64,000 nt of DNA from Mayamaea pseudoterrestris. Its lineage: Eukaryota. This document shows, piece by piece, positions 30,870 through 42,710 of this stretch. The notes beneath the pieces are model-generated. The model was not told where the DNA came from. It saw nothing but the letters and a program-made list of their open reading frames with translations, and made no database searches. The stretch lies in NCBI GenBank assembly GCA_027923505.1, contig BROI01000002.1, positions 2,232,001-2,296,000 on the forward strand. The letters are read 5' to 3'. Every line of letters starts with the position of its first letter. Position 1 is the first letter of the stretch. A program made the position numbers and the translations under genes.

Positions 30870-32538
30870 TTACACAATCTGGATTGGCTCGCCCTGGTAC
30901 TCCGCATACTGCATCGACTTGGGCAGCAATGGTTGAGACATGTCGTCTTCATCTTCCGCCGAAACGTCGACACTGCAGATGGCCGTCTCTGATTCTTCAT
31001 CCTTGCCGTCGCAGCAATTGCTTTCGTCAGTCGCAGCTGCGTCGCCGCACCCGACGCAGTCGACTGCACAGACACCAGTTCCCTGGCAGCAGTCGCACAC
31101 TTCCGACAACGCAACGTTGACAGTCGCCGCGTCGTTCGGCGAAAGGTTGCAGAGGCAGCATTTCGATTCGTGCTTTAATCCAGCCGGCGCCAACATGACG
31201 AACAAGCAACACGAAACGAGCATCCAAGACAATTTCGTCATGATGGTTGGCATGTTCATCAATACAATAAAGATGAGCATGCACATTAGCTTGATTTGTT
31301 GATTGCATATGGTCCACATGCCGTACCACGTGCTGTCAAAGTCTTCCTGAATCTTGCGATTCACGCGGCGAAACGGCACGTGCTCATTCGGAATGTCGTG
31401 ACCAATGGATTCACCTAGTTCCGCTTCAATGGCCGCCTTGATGAATGGACGACTGTAAACGACGCGCAAAACGTTTGCTTGCAGTTGGAGCTTGGTCTTG
31501 GCAGGAGTCCTCTTGTCGCCGTTTGTCTTGGAGCAGCAACGACGATCCACCAATGCGGCAATGGAGAAAATGATGAATGGAGCAACGCAGCCAACAAGCA
31601 TGTAAATGATCATGCCACTGTCATCATTGACTTGATAATCTTCGTCTAGTTGCTGCTCATCGTTTATTGAGCGCAAGCGATTCATGGCGTCTCGACAAGG
31701 CATTCCCAGCATGTTTCGCTGGTAAAGCTTATTCAGGCACTGGTTGCTCGCATCGTCAAACGGCAAGACAGTTTGCTTCTCTTGCTGGTTTCGACGATGC
31801 TGCAGCTCCTGTGGCGTCGCCAGTTCCGTCAAGCGGCGCGCCAAGTGGCGCCTGTCTAAACTGACATCGTCGTTCGTTTGCAGAATGGCATGCGAATGCG
31901 TTTGCACGCGACGACTCGTAAGCTCCAAATCACGAGGATGCGTGTGGGCGGCAAGATGTGACACCAAGTGATTGGCGACGGCATCCAAGTGGCGTTCTTC
32001 TTCGTCTGGAGCAGGCGCCTGAAGCATGCTGGGAAAGATGAGTAGGGTGGTGCTGGATCGTTTCGCGCAGGGCGGCGGCATGACGAGCACACTGTCCATG
32101 AGACTGTCCATCATGCGCGAAAACTCGTTCATTTCGTCGAGCATGCTGCGCGAAGGATGCGCCAAAGCAGGGGGTAGTACATTATGGGGGCTGTTCCAAG
32201 GAGACAAGGCGCGGCTTTCACTTTGCTCCATGAATGGAGCGTCGCAGTAAAAGGCAACCTCCGAGCGACAAGAAAGGGCGACATTGCGAATGGCGCTTTC
32301 ATGATGAACATCATTTGCGGCTAGTAATTAATAAGAAAATAAAGAGGCTTGAGAGAAATTCTGTCGCTGTCACAACCGGACTAGGAATTGGGTCTCTCAA
32401 GGCAAACCATGTACTTTTTCATTCGTTTTCATATTCACACTCCATCAGCATGAATCACTTGTCATTCTTCTACTTACACTGTCCCCGAATGGCCGGAGCC
32501 GAGAGGAGAAGGCTCAGCAAAACGACCTTCATCGTCAT
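30870..32538 (-). CDS. Signal-peptide membrane protein with a Cys-rich acidic C-terminal tail; exons 32538-32478 and 32320-30870
   Basis: A small upstream exon (MTMKVVLLSLLLSAPAIRGQ) splices through GTAAGT..TAG (32477-32321) in frame to the 453-aa ORF. It has about 3 TM segments and the tail CCLC..CDCC..C..C..C..CC. Confidence 0.72.
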
Positions 32539-33396
32539 AATGGCGATTCTCTGCTGCTTCGCCGGGTTTGTGCCAAAACGCAAGCAGCATCAGCGCGGAA
32601 TCACGCGATCGAATGTTTTCGTGAATAATATGTGAAAACTATCTTGCATCATGAAAACATGTTTTTCAAAACGTCATTTGCCGCCACATGAACTCTTCTG
32701 CTCGACCACCAAACCATCACTCGATGATCGCGCATCATTTCTAGCATCAGTCAAGTTGCTTGTTCCCGTCGCCAAAATGCACCATTCAATATCCATAACA
32801 TTATTTATTGTAACATGCTGCTTCTTGGCTCCAGTGACTGCTTTTGTGGCGCATTGCAATTACGTAACATCTACACGCGCGTCATGAATCAAGCGACGCC
32901 ATCAAGTTTCTTTACTATATATCACTTGATAGAGAGTGTCAGTTCCAGCCATGGCATCGCAAAGCGTCTCACATCCTCGGGCTGATGGTCTATTGAACAA
33001 TACTTTTTCTGGCCATTACATACCGTCAGAGGAACTAACTATTTACACAAGACTCCCTGTAGCTGTTTATTGCCGTTAAGTGTCGGCTCGCAAACAAAGA
33101 CGTGTCTCGCAAGTACGACCCTTCCTAAGGCTGGCGCCGCGTCAGTCGCTACGCTGTACCGATTCTAATCGACGATGCGTCGGGGCAAAAGTGCAGCAAA
33201 ATAATGGCGACTTGGGCGACCGCATTTTAATGGACCATGCAGCATGTATCGGCAAATTGCGCCTTTGTGCAAGCTTGCGAAGAATGAATGAATGTAGCGT
33301 CTTCGATTGCGATATCGCTACCAATTTATAGCACGTTTAATATAACGATTACTATAAATACATTTATACAGTACGTCAAGAGTGTAAGCCGTGTAG

Positions 33397-33924
33397 CTAA
33401 GCGGCTGGTCCCACATTTTCACTCGAAGCAGCAGACGCAGCTGCACCGTCTTCCACATTGCGTTTCCGTTTTTTCGAAAACAGGCATGGCATACTAGAGT
33501 GATAATGTTGCAGCACTTGTACTTCCTTTGCTTTTCCTTCCAACTTTGACTCTAGATGCGATATAATGCGCAAATATTCCTGTCGATTCCGAAGAAAGGT
33601 AATGGTGGATTCATCGAGTTCCTTGGCCGCCACTCGTTTCGCATTGTCATTGGTAGTTTCTTCCAGTGATGCCACCTTTTCCGCCTTTTGCGTCATTAAC
33701 ACGACGGATGAGGCAATGGTCCTCCAGGTGAGACCAAGCCGATCCTCTTGGTGTCGAATGGTGGTTGCTGCTGGTAGTGTTGCACTGATGCTGCTGCTGC
33801 TGACGACGTCGGCGCTGCTGCTACTGGTCGAAACCGTTGATCGAGCGGACGAGCTGACCGCCGAAATGGAGCTGACAGTGGCGGATATGGAACTAGTGGA
33901 ACGTATAGGAGGTTGGGAGCTCAT
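33397..33924 (-). CDS. Hypothetical Ser-rich/coiled-coil protein
   Basis: Open frame with an S-rich N-terminus, a heptad-like segment and a basic KKRKR motif; no recognisable family. Confidence 0.4.
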   Translation of the reverse strand: MSSQPPIRSTSSISATVSSISAVSSSARSTVSTSSSSADVVSSSSISATLPAATTIRHQEDRLGLTWRTIASSVVLMTQKAEKVASLEETTNDNAKRVAAKELDESTITFLRNRQEYLRIISHLESKLEGKAKEVQVLQHYHSSMPCLFSKKRKRNVEDGAAASAASSENVGPAA

Positions 33925-34190
33925 ACTGGTGGTGGATGCAATTGATAGTGAGATGTTCGACGCATTTGTGTCGTGACGACGAGACTCGTCACATAAAACG
34001 TGTTGAGTCCCGATACGATTACGAACACTCTTGAGCGTTCGCTCGCTCATCGCGGAACGATCCCAGCCGTTTCATGTGCGCGTCACCATGGATGGAGGTC
34101 CGGATAGCGACCTCGAAAAGATATGCGTCTCATGTTGTCCCATCGATCGATATAGATAGCCTACTGCAACAAAAGCAAAAGCAAACGATC

Positions 34191-35123
34191 ATGGACTCTA
34201 CCAGTGCACAAGTCACTGTCAATGAATGTATACACGAGCTTGACGAAAGCGCAGCTGCCGTAATCGCCGCGCCAATGGAGCAAAGGAATGCAACGAATTC
34301 GGCCATGCACCAACAACGAGGCGACGAAATCGATGACGATTCCATCAAGTTTCCAGACTACCATGATCAGCTCGTTTCCGTGAACGCCGTGCCAATCGTT
34401 TCCGTCGAGATTGATGGTCCGCACGATGATATGTTGCAGCAAATGCTGCATGCGACGGAACATGATAATGAAGCGCATCAGGATGGTACTACAATACCCA
34501 TGGCCACTGCCTCCCTCATGCCTCCCTTTCACATGGAGCAAGGAGAGGATTATGTGCAGCAGGATGAGGCATCCGTACACGCCATTAAGATTCTCAAGCG
34601 TCGCAACACGTTACTGGCAATGATTGCAGTCTTGCTCTTGGCCGCCGTTTGCGTCGGCATTGGCAACTTGATCGGCAAGGACAGAAACGACCTGGATGAC
34701 GCGGCAGCACACATCCATACATTTTGCAGCAAGCAAATGAGCCTCTTGAACGTTTGTCTCGACCGCAACGACCGAAACGACGCTACCAACTGCCGAAACT
34801 GCGTCGAGCAAGTGGTTCCAATATTGCGGGAAGACGCCAATGAGCCATTCTGCTCGTCGTCAAACTTTAATGCTACTGTTATATGCAGCAGCGTGCAAGA
34901 CTGCGCCGCCAAAGATTATTGCGCCTACTCCTGCTACAGCTACATGGTCAGCTACATGCAGTGTCTGCTGGCAACCAAGTCGACGCAGCAGCGTCATGGC
35001 GGCGATGGCGAGAATGAAACATTATTTTCCGACTTTATTGATAATGAATGTCTGCTTCCTTGCAGTTGGAATGGGCCAGTTTCGTCGTCGTCGGTGCCGA
35101 CGATTGTGCCAAGTGGGAAGTAG
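34191..35123 (+). CDS. Single-pass membrane protein with a Cys-rich extracellular domain
   Basis: Acidic N-terminus, KRR followed by a TM helix (LLAMIAVLLLAAVCVGIG), then a helical domain with about a dozen Cys. Confidence 0.65.
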   Translation: MDSTSAQVTVNECIHELDESAAAVIAAPMEQRNATNSAMHQQRGDEIDDDSIKFPDYHDQLVSVNAVPIVSVEIDGPHDDMLQQMLHATEHDNEAHQDGTTIPMATASLMPPFHMEQGEDYVQQDEASVHAIKILKRRNTLLAMIAVLLLAAVCVGIGNLIGKDRNDLDDAAAHIHTFCSKQMSLLNVCLDRNDRNDATNCRNCVEQVVPILREDANEPFCSSSNFNATVICSSVQDCAAKDYCAYSCYSYMVSYMQCLLATKSTQQRHGGDGENETLFSDFIDNECLLPCSWNGPVSSSSVPTIVPSGK

Positions 35124-35250
35124 TGGGCGAAGAGTGGTCTGGTCAAGAGTTATGAATTGCCATGCCCTTTGTCCAATGCTCTGACACGACGAGCGAGACC
35201 CTCAAATGGAAATTACATCATAATAAAGAAAAAATAACATACATTTTGCA

Positions 35251-35703
35251 CTATGCTTCATCATCCGAATAGGTATACTTGGTCGAGTGCGTCTTGTCAG
35301 TGTCAATCTGCCCTCCCGTCTTGGAGAAACCGTTGAAGGTTCGCTTGCGCTTGGTCTTTTCGTGTCGAAAATCCTTGCCGCGCACCTGGACTAGCTTTTC
35401 CGACGACTTGGCGCCGTAGCCAGTGGTGCTAAAGGTGCCTTCGTACGAGTTGTCCGCCATGGCGCCACCCGTTTGCAACGCCACACCGCCCCAATAGTTG
35501 CTATCGACGCGCTGAAACGGTTGGCCCTTGAGCAAGGCTTGCGCTCCATCGGTGCCAGCTGTCGTTTGAATGTCTGCCGCCCCTGTCATTTTGGTGGGCG
35601 TCCACTCCAGAGCCGCCTTGGAGGCTTCCGCGGCCTTGCGTTTGGCGTCCGCCTTCTTTTCCGCAAGCTTGCGAGCATGATCCTCCTCGTCATCCGACGA
35701 TTC

Positions 35704-35742
<39 letters not shown>

Positions 35743-36714
35743 ATCAGATGATGATGACGACGACGAAGAAACGTCCACCGAAGACACTTCCGAAACGTCT
35801 GTGTCGGAAACATCCGACCCACTCTCCTCCGGCGAAACAATTTTGCCCACAGCAACTGCTCCTTGATCCGTCCGACGCTTCTTGGCGGGGGGTTGCGACT
35901 CGTCGGACGACGAAGAAGACGAGTCGCTGGATGCTGTTTCAGCTTTTGCAACCTTTTGTACTTTTGTGTCGCTGTCAGAGGATGACGACGATGATGAATC
36001 CGATGATGCACCAGACGCAGTCTTTGGTTGTGGCGCTGATGCTTCACCTGTTTCACTGTCAGATGATGATGAGGACGACGAGGAAGTGCTTGCCGCTTCC
36101 TTCTTTGATGCGACGACTGCCTTGGCTTTGGAATTCGACGACGACGACGACGACGACGAACTCTGACTGCTGCCCGACGACGACTTGCGCTTCTTGGCAA
36201 CGGGAGCCGGCAGAATGATCAGGGGCGACGCCTTTTGGGGGTCATCGTCACTGTCGGAGGATGCGTCACTACTGCTCGTTTGTTTCTTCGTTGGAACGAC
36301 CTTGTTCTTCGATGTCTTGTCGGCAGTGATCTTTGTTGCTGCAGCGTCGCTAGTGCTACTGCTTGAAGACGTTTCGTTCTTCTTCGCCCTGGCCAATGAT
36401 TTTTGCTTGTCGTCAGAATCGCTCGACGACGAACTGCTGCTTGTAGAATCAGATGACGACGAGTCTTGCGTCACCTTTTTCACCTTCGTCTCCTTCGCAG
36501 TCACATTTTCATCATCTGACGACGAGTCATTGCTAGCTGCATCCACTTTTTGCAAGACTAGCTTATATGTCTTGGCCGTCGTCGTTGAGATTGCTTTCGC
36601 TTGGTCGGCATGTCGAATTTTGAGTTCCTTGGCCAAGGCCTTGGCCGATGCGGAATACTCATGCTCCTGTAGATGCTGCAGAATGGCCCTCAGGAGAGTA
36701 TAATCGTCCGACAT
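35251..36714 (-). CDS. SRP40: Nucleolar phosphoprotein Nopp140/SRP40
   Basis: LisH-like N-terminus, alternating poly-Ser/acidic and K/A blocks, and the SRP40_C motif PFQRVD..DNSY..GKDFRHEKTKRKR. Confidence 0.92.
35705..35740. repeat. (CTG)12 coding microsatellite (poly-Ser on the minus strand)
   Basis: Perfect trinucleotide run inside SRP40. Confidence 0.9.
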
Positions 36715-37226
36715 GCTTATTGCTGGTGCTGCTGCGTCAATAAAAGGCTTGGTCAAGTTCAAAGCTAGCAAGGAACAAAATGAGCAAAACGACGCGATGC
36801 AATTTTGCGAAGCGATGGCTTCGAGGATGATCGTCTGTCCGTCACATTTTGTCGTACCGGTAGCAGTTACCGCTTACCGCGCTACTACGACTCAACGCGT
36901 TGGCTCGTCGCGACCGAGCAACTTTTGTCGTCTCACTTCTCACTTTGCTTTAGGTATGTAAGACCACGAAATGGCTAATAGCGACCTTATATGTCGACTA
37001 GAAGCGTTTATGGAGACCTCTGCTAGAAGCTGAAGGCGCTGATGGCTCGCAGTCTTTTCCCTGATGGTTTCGTGCATCTCAGTCATCGACAGGAGATGGA
37101 ACGATGGCCTCCTTGCTTGCTTTACATGCACAGCGCACTTCAAAACCACCACGACACTCACATTTTTTTATATTTAATCATTTTCCAGTCGGAAGTCCGA
37201 TACCAAAGTAACTTTTCAATAACATC

Positions 37227-37601
37227 ATGTCTACTGCCTACGTTCCACCACCCGTCAAGAAGGAGGGCGCCGAAGCCAGCGACCAAAAGGTCCACCGCAT
37301 TCGCATCACGTTAACCTCCCGCAACGTCCAAAACTTGGAAAAGGTTTGCTCCGATTTGAAGCGCGGCGCCGTCGAAAAGAAGCTGCACGTTTCGGGACCG
37401 GTGCGTCTGCCAACCAAGCACTTGCGCATCACGACGCGCAAGGCGCCCAGTGGTGAAGGTACCAACACGTGGGATCGCTTCGAGATGCGCATCCACAAGC
37501 GACTGATTGACTTGCACGCGCCCAGTGACGTGGTCAAGCAGATTACCAGCATTCAGATTGAGCCGGGTGTGAACGTTGATGTCACTATCAATGATCGTTA
37601 G
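37227..37601 (+). CDS. RPS20: 40S ribosomal protein S20 (uS10)
   Basis: [54 protein letters not shown]. Confidence 0.99.
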   Translation: MSTAYVPPPVKKEGAEASDQKVHRIRITLTSRNVQNLEKVCSDLKRGAVEKKLHVSGPVRLPTKHLRITTRKAPSGEGTNTWDRFEMRIHKRLIDLHAPSDVVKQITSIQIEPGVNVDVTINDR

Positions 37602-38099
37602 ATGATGATATCCTAGTGTTTGCGATATTATAGCTTCAAACTATGATACAGCATTATTATTTGTGTTCCATTGTATTGAGATCTTATTCGATATTGAATT
37701 GCTTGCGTAGCTTCATGGGTCGCTGGCTGGAGGAATTGTGTCGTCGTCTCGCAGTTGCGATTAACGCAATCTTCAGGCTGAAGTCGATGCTGATGTGTAA
37801 GCGAACATATCTTCACGAGATATCAGACCTTCTTCACAACACTGTAGATGGTAGATGAACTAACTTTCAGCTTGGATGCTACCTCGCTTCACGGCGTGCA
37901 TTGTGGTAGCAGAGTCTTTGTCAAACGACGTGAACACTTGTTCATCGTGCTCGCGTACAAGTGAAGGCATAGCCTCGGGCAAAGGACTAGAACGCTTGCC
38001 TTGCGTGCTCGCGAACAAAAAATATTATCGCACGACCCACAACATGTCGGCGAAGCCTGGCAAGATTGCGATTGTATTTGCATTCGCCGCTCAAAACGC

Positions 38100-40213
38100 T
38101 CAGGATGACGAAGAACACGAAGAAGCATCGTCGTGCTCGTCGTCGCTGCAACTATCATCATCTTCATCGTCCGACAGCTCTATATCATGCTGTTTGTTGT
38201 ATTCAATCACTGCTTCCGACAAGGCTTGCCAATCTGATCGCAGCAAAATCACAATTGTCACGACACCGCTCACCATGTAGCCAATCACAACAGCTGCCGT
38301 TTGTCCCTCCAGATTCACCTTTAGCACAATCGTCAACACGACGCTCAATGGAATTGTAATGCACCAGCTTCCAGCGACACCAATCGCCGTTGCAAGGCGG
38401 TAGCGACCCTGTGAGCCCACAAGCGTCCATGCCATGGTGCCCATGGTCAAGGTAATGTTTCCAACTCCAAACAGTGGAATGAGCTGCGCGACGAGAACCT
38501 GCAGCGTCTCGTCCGTCGTCAGCCACTTTGGTAAATCATTGCCGCAAATGAAAATGACCGACGTTAACGACATGGAGAATACAAAGGCAATCATGATTGA
38601 CTTGTAGGCTGACGCTCTCGCCTGCCATGGCTTGCCCGCGCCCAGCAGCGTTGCGCATCGTACCTCGGCCGCATCCGCCACCGACTGCGTGACATCCTCC
38701 AACACGTCCCAGACCGTTCCCAGCAACGACCACGCCACCAGCTCGGCTGGGCCTAGAAAGCTGTCATGGCAGATGAGAAAGCAAGTGTGAGTCACAGAGG
38801 CTGACACAAGTATTCTACCAATCGCAACTTTCATGACAACTCACGCTGCAAAAAAGGCAAGAACCTCCCACTCGCCGTACGCCAGCAAATATCCGCAGGC
38901 AATGGGCGTCGCTGTTCGAATCATCATCTTCAAGGCAACCCAATTCTGAAGCAAGAAACGATTTAAAAGATGCATGCGAGGTGAGAAAATGCACGTGTTA
39001 ATAAGCATGCGAGAGCAACAAGACGCACCGTGAGCGCCAACTTGTGAAACAAGCCACGATAGTACTGCTTGAACCAACCCGTCCATGCCACCACCAGTAA
39101 CACCGAAAACAAACCCATTTCGGCGACAACCATGAAAATATATCCAATCGTCTGCAAGGTGGGCTCGTCCCAGTGTAGAGCGTAAATGAGCATTGCCGAC
39201 GTTGCCACCACTTCCTCCACCACGCCAAGTATGGAGCTCGTGACTTCATGTCCGGACGTTGCAAACATCTCCCGAAAGCACTTGTTGATACCCTTGATGA
39301 GCTTGGTCATGACAAAGGTTCGCGCAAACTCTTGACCCATGAGTGCCGTCGCAGCATCCAATCCAAGAAACACCAACGTTTCCTCCATGACAAACATCCA
39401 CATTAATATAAAGGGTACACTAAATAAGATAAACAACCATATTGCCAGTTGCACATACTGTCCCGTCATGTCATTGTGATTCGCTCCAATCGAGTGACTG
39501 AGTAGCGTCGCCAGCGAAAAATAAAAGCCGCCCACCACATCCGAAGTCAAACCCACCAGCAGCGACACCAATACGTAGGCCGACAGCGCCGGCGTTCCCA
39601 CCAGTTGCCCCAAGATTGCCACGCGAGCATTCTCCAAGACGCCAACGACAATGGCTTCCGAGCCAAAGGCGAGCGCCAGCTTGTAGAGGCGCTGGCTCTC
39701 GTGGTTCCATTCGGCAATCTCGAGTACATTGTTGTAGGCGTTGGACAAGATGGACGTGTATATGCTGCAGCAGGATGATAAATGCGGCGGCTGCTTGTCA
39801 TGGGTTTGCTTGTCATGCGTGCGCTTCCCCGGCTTGTCGTGTTCGTCTCGTGTATTTATGATGCGCTCCTCCTCGTCGTGTTGTTGGCTCGTGCTGCTGT
39901 CTTCGCAGGCTGGATAGAATTCAATCACTACCTCGGATCGATCGTCGTCGTCGTCGTCGTCATCGTCGTTATGACAAGTATGATTGACTTGTCTATTCTC
40001 ACGATGAACTTGACGTTGCTGCGACAGCTCCAAATGCTTGTTGCGCTTCGGAATGGGCCATATTTGAAGAATGCACGGCAGCATGGCGTACAATCCCACG
40101 CTCACCAATATTGTTCCAATGAGCAGCCATGGACCTGGGTCCACTGTATTGACGACGTAGCCTTCAAAGCCTTGGTCTTCCGACGTGTCGTCGTCGAGGA
40201 AAAAGTCCGACAT
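38100..40213 (-). CDS. MATE-family efflux transporter; exons 40213-39029, 38945-38845 and 38760-38100
   Basis: Two GT-AG introns join three ORFs in frame. MATE-like motifs include LLSHSIGAN..GQYVQL, EWEVLAFFAAFLGPAE and LLGAGKPWQA..SAY. Confidence 0.88.
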
Positions 40214-40702
40214 GGTAGGAGTATTGGCGCTATGGAAGAATAATACAAATGGCTAAAGGGAACACACGATTGCAAGAGTCTCTTGTTGCTCATTCACTGG
40301 CAGCAGCAACGGCAGCTGCAGCAGAGAATGCGACTCGCGTGCGACTTGATCATTCACTTGTCTCGTTTGAATGAACCAACGGCAGGTATGGTTAAGCGTG
40401 AGCGAGCCATGGTGGCGGCAAAATTTGAAGCAACGCGCACGGATGAGCGTGCGTGATTATGTACGTTCCGAAGTATACGGTACTCACAAATGATATTTTT
40501 CAATCGTTCGTTTTCATGATTGTGGTTGATAGCACGACACAATCGTCACGCATGGCGCGGCGCGGCAGCAAAACATGAGGTGTGATTGATGCAGTCATCA
40601 GCGGTCAACAGTCAACTACTGAATGATAATACTCTGCATTTACCCTGCTTCCCTCAGCACTCGAAGCGCTCACTTGCTAGACTACCTAGTAGTACGAGAG
40701 TG

Positions 40703-41425
40703 ATGCAAACTACAAATCTATTTGCGTTACTCTTGTATTTGGCGTCGTATCTTCTGACTGCCGATGCCTGGCCGTTGCAGCATTCGTCGTCGTCGCCACG
40801 ACCCGCCGCCACCATTGCTTCGTCGCCCATTCGCATTGCGCAATCATTACTACGACATCAAGATCGTGACAAGCCGTTTCACTTGGAGACGTTTCCCTTG
40901 ATTGGAGGTCCGCCGTGGCTTCCGTTGCATGTCAAGGTCATTGTGCATGTTCTTGATGAAGAAGACAACAAGTCCACCGTAGCGTTTGACTTTGTGCCAG
41001 TCGACGCCACCAATCCAGCGACGCTGCAGTCGCTCCTCCAGCTTCAATCGGTACCGGGATGCGTTCGAACGACTCGGAGACCGCCGATGGACTGTCACAG
41101 TAACGACGGTGGTGGAACATTCAATGAAACTAGACTGCAACTTTCAACGTCAACCACTTCGGACGCTGCTGCTGCTGCCTCGACGATCAACAACTATCTA
41201 AATGTTGCGCAATCCTTTTGTTCCGCGTACAAAACCAACTTGCATTTACTCGACAACACGTCAAACACTTCGGACGCTGCTGCTGCCTCGACGACCAACA
41301 ACTATCTAAATGTTGCCAAATCTTTTTGTCTCGCGTACAAGACCAATCTACATTTGCTCGACAACAATTGCTGGTCCTTTGCGTTGGCCTTGCTCAATGA
41401 ACTGGAACAAGCGCACATGAATTAG
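40703..41425 (+). CDS. Secreted or plastid protein with a permuted papain-like (PPPDE/LRAT-like) His...NC signature and an internal duplication
   Basis: Signal peptide ending ADA-W; motifs PLHV, FDFVP, PG.VR and Y...LHLLDNNCWSF. Confidence 0.6.
   Translation: MQTTNLFALLLYLASYLLTADAWPLQHSSSSPRPAATIASSPIRIAQSLLRHQDRDKPFHLETFPLIGGPPWLPLHVKVIVHVLDEEDNKSTVAFDFVPVDATNPATLQSLLQLQSVPGCVRTTRRPPMDCHSNDGGGTFNETRLQLSTSTTSDAAAAASTINNYLNVAQSFCSAYKTNLHLLDNTSNTSDAAAASTTNNYLNVAKSFCLAYKTNLHLLDNNCWSFALALLNELEQAHMN
41147..41365 (+). repeat. In-frame tandem duplication (111 + 108 bp)
   Basis: ACGTCAAcCACTTCGGACGCTGCT...CTCGACAAC (41147-41257) is repeated at 41258-41365 with scattered substitutions and one fewer GCT. 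Confidence 0.95.
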
Positions 41426-41779
41426 GTATGTAGGGCGCGAAAATATGAATCATGATGCAAGACATGCTCGTGCTCATGACAATCAGTCACAGCAACATGA
41501 GGGAGAGAATCAAACCATGGCTTTTTGTTCACTTCTGAAGCGGCAGTTACTGGTATAGAATTTGAAATTGTCACGTTTTGCTTGGAGACGAACGAACCTC
41601 GGCAGCTCGTCGTCACTCGTCACGTTTGCTGCAGCGTGAAGATATTATAGCGCGCAGCGTGAAGCATCACGTGAACGCACAATCAATTCACCCAGTTGAT
41701 TGCTACTGTTGCGTTGAAAGCGAGGGTGTCTGTTGTGTGCATCAGCTTCACGTAAACATTTGAGCACTTTGCAACCATC

Positions 41780-42562
41780 ATGACCAAGGCAAGATCTGAT
41801 GAACACGATATTCGTGAGGAACAAGAGATGGACGAAGACATTGCCAAGCATCGTCACGAAGCCGATCTGTGCTACTTGCAGGGCGTCATTGTCTTCTTTC
41901 TCGTCGTGTCGGCCATGCTGGTTCTTTACACCACGCTCAGTGATCCGCTCACGGATCAATCGATCAAGCTCAAAGTACCTGCCATGCAGCAGCAGCAAAT
42001 AATTTACGCGATTCAGGAGGAGCAGCCGGTGCGCATTGAGGGACTAGAGGTCGTGCAGATACATCCAGTCTTGGTTCAAGCTGGAGACGACTTGACGCGT
42101 AACACTTTACAGCATTTAAAAATGGCGGCACCAACGTTAAACGACTTGGCGCAAGACGCACAACGAAAAGATTTTGCCGCCAGTCCGCCACCAATCCTTG
42201 TCGACATGAACTCGTTTGCGGTGCAGCGCCAACCAGTGCGTCGTCGAACGCTTGCGCGCGAGGCAACAGGGAATGCGCAGAATCGCTCACGATTGGCTGA
42301 CCAACTATTTGTGGTGGCTGGTTACACCGTTGCTGTCATCTTTTTTGGAGTCATTCTTGTCAAGCTGACACTTGATGGTGGCGACTGGTTGGGAGACAGT
42401 CGGCAATGTACAGTCAGCTGGTGGCAGCAGCAACGACAAGGGGAATGTAGTCATGGAACGTTGCCGGAGAGCCAGCGTTTGCTGAACAACGACTCATTTG
42501 GCTCGACGGATCCTGTTGCATCCGACTGGTCTGGTGACTTTTTTGATAAATATGATGTTTAA
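41780..42562 (+). CDS. Hypothetical protein with two TM helices
   Basis: 260-aa ORF with two clear hydrophobic segments; no family recognised. Confidence 0.6.
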   Translation: MTKARSDEHDIREEQEMDEDIAKHRHEADLCYLQGVIVFFLVVSAMLVLYTTLSDPLTDQSIKLKVPAMQQQQIIYAIQEEQPVRIEGLEVVQIHPVLVQAGDDLTRNTLQHLKMAAPTLNDLAQDAQRKDFAASPPPILVDMNSFAVQRQPVRRRTLAREATGNAQNRSRLADQLFVVAGYTVAVIFFGVILVKLTLDGGDWLGDSRQCTVSWWQQQRQGECSHGTLPESQRLLNNDSFGSTDPVASDWSGDFFDKYDV

Positions 42563-42710
42563 CAAATTAAGCCAACGTTTCTCAGTCGCTATTTATCCGT
42601 ATGATTATAGGCTGTACAAGCCACGCGGCCATTGCAATACAAGCCTGCAAGCAATCGTTGCTTGCGTCGCTAATGTACGCCACCGGTCAGTCAAAGATTA
42701 GTGCAGTATT

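Noticed and set aside
35473..36703. Poly-Ala/Arg/Asp alternative ORFs
   Set aside because: They are alternative-frame readings of the SRP40 poly-Ser trinucleotide tracts.
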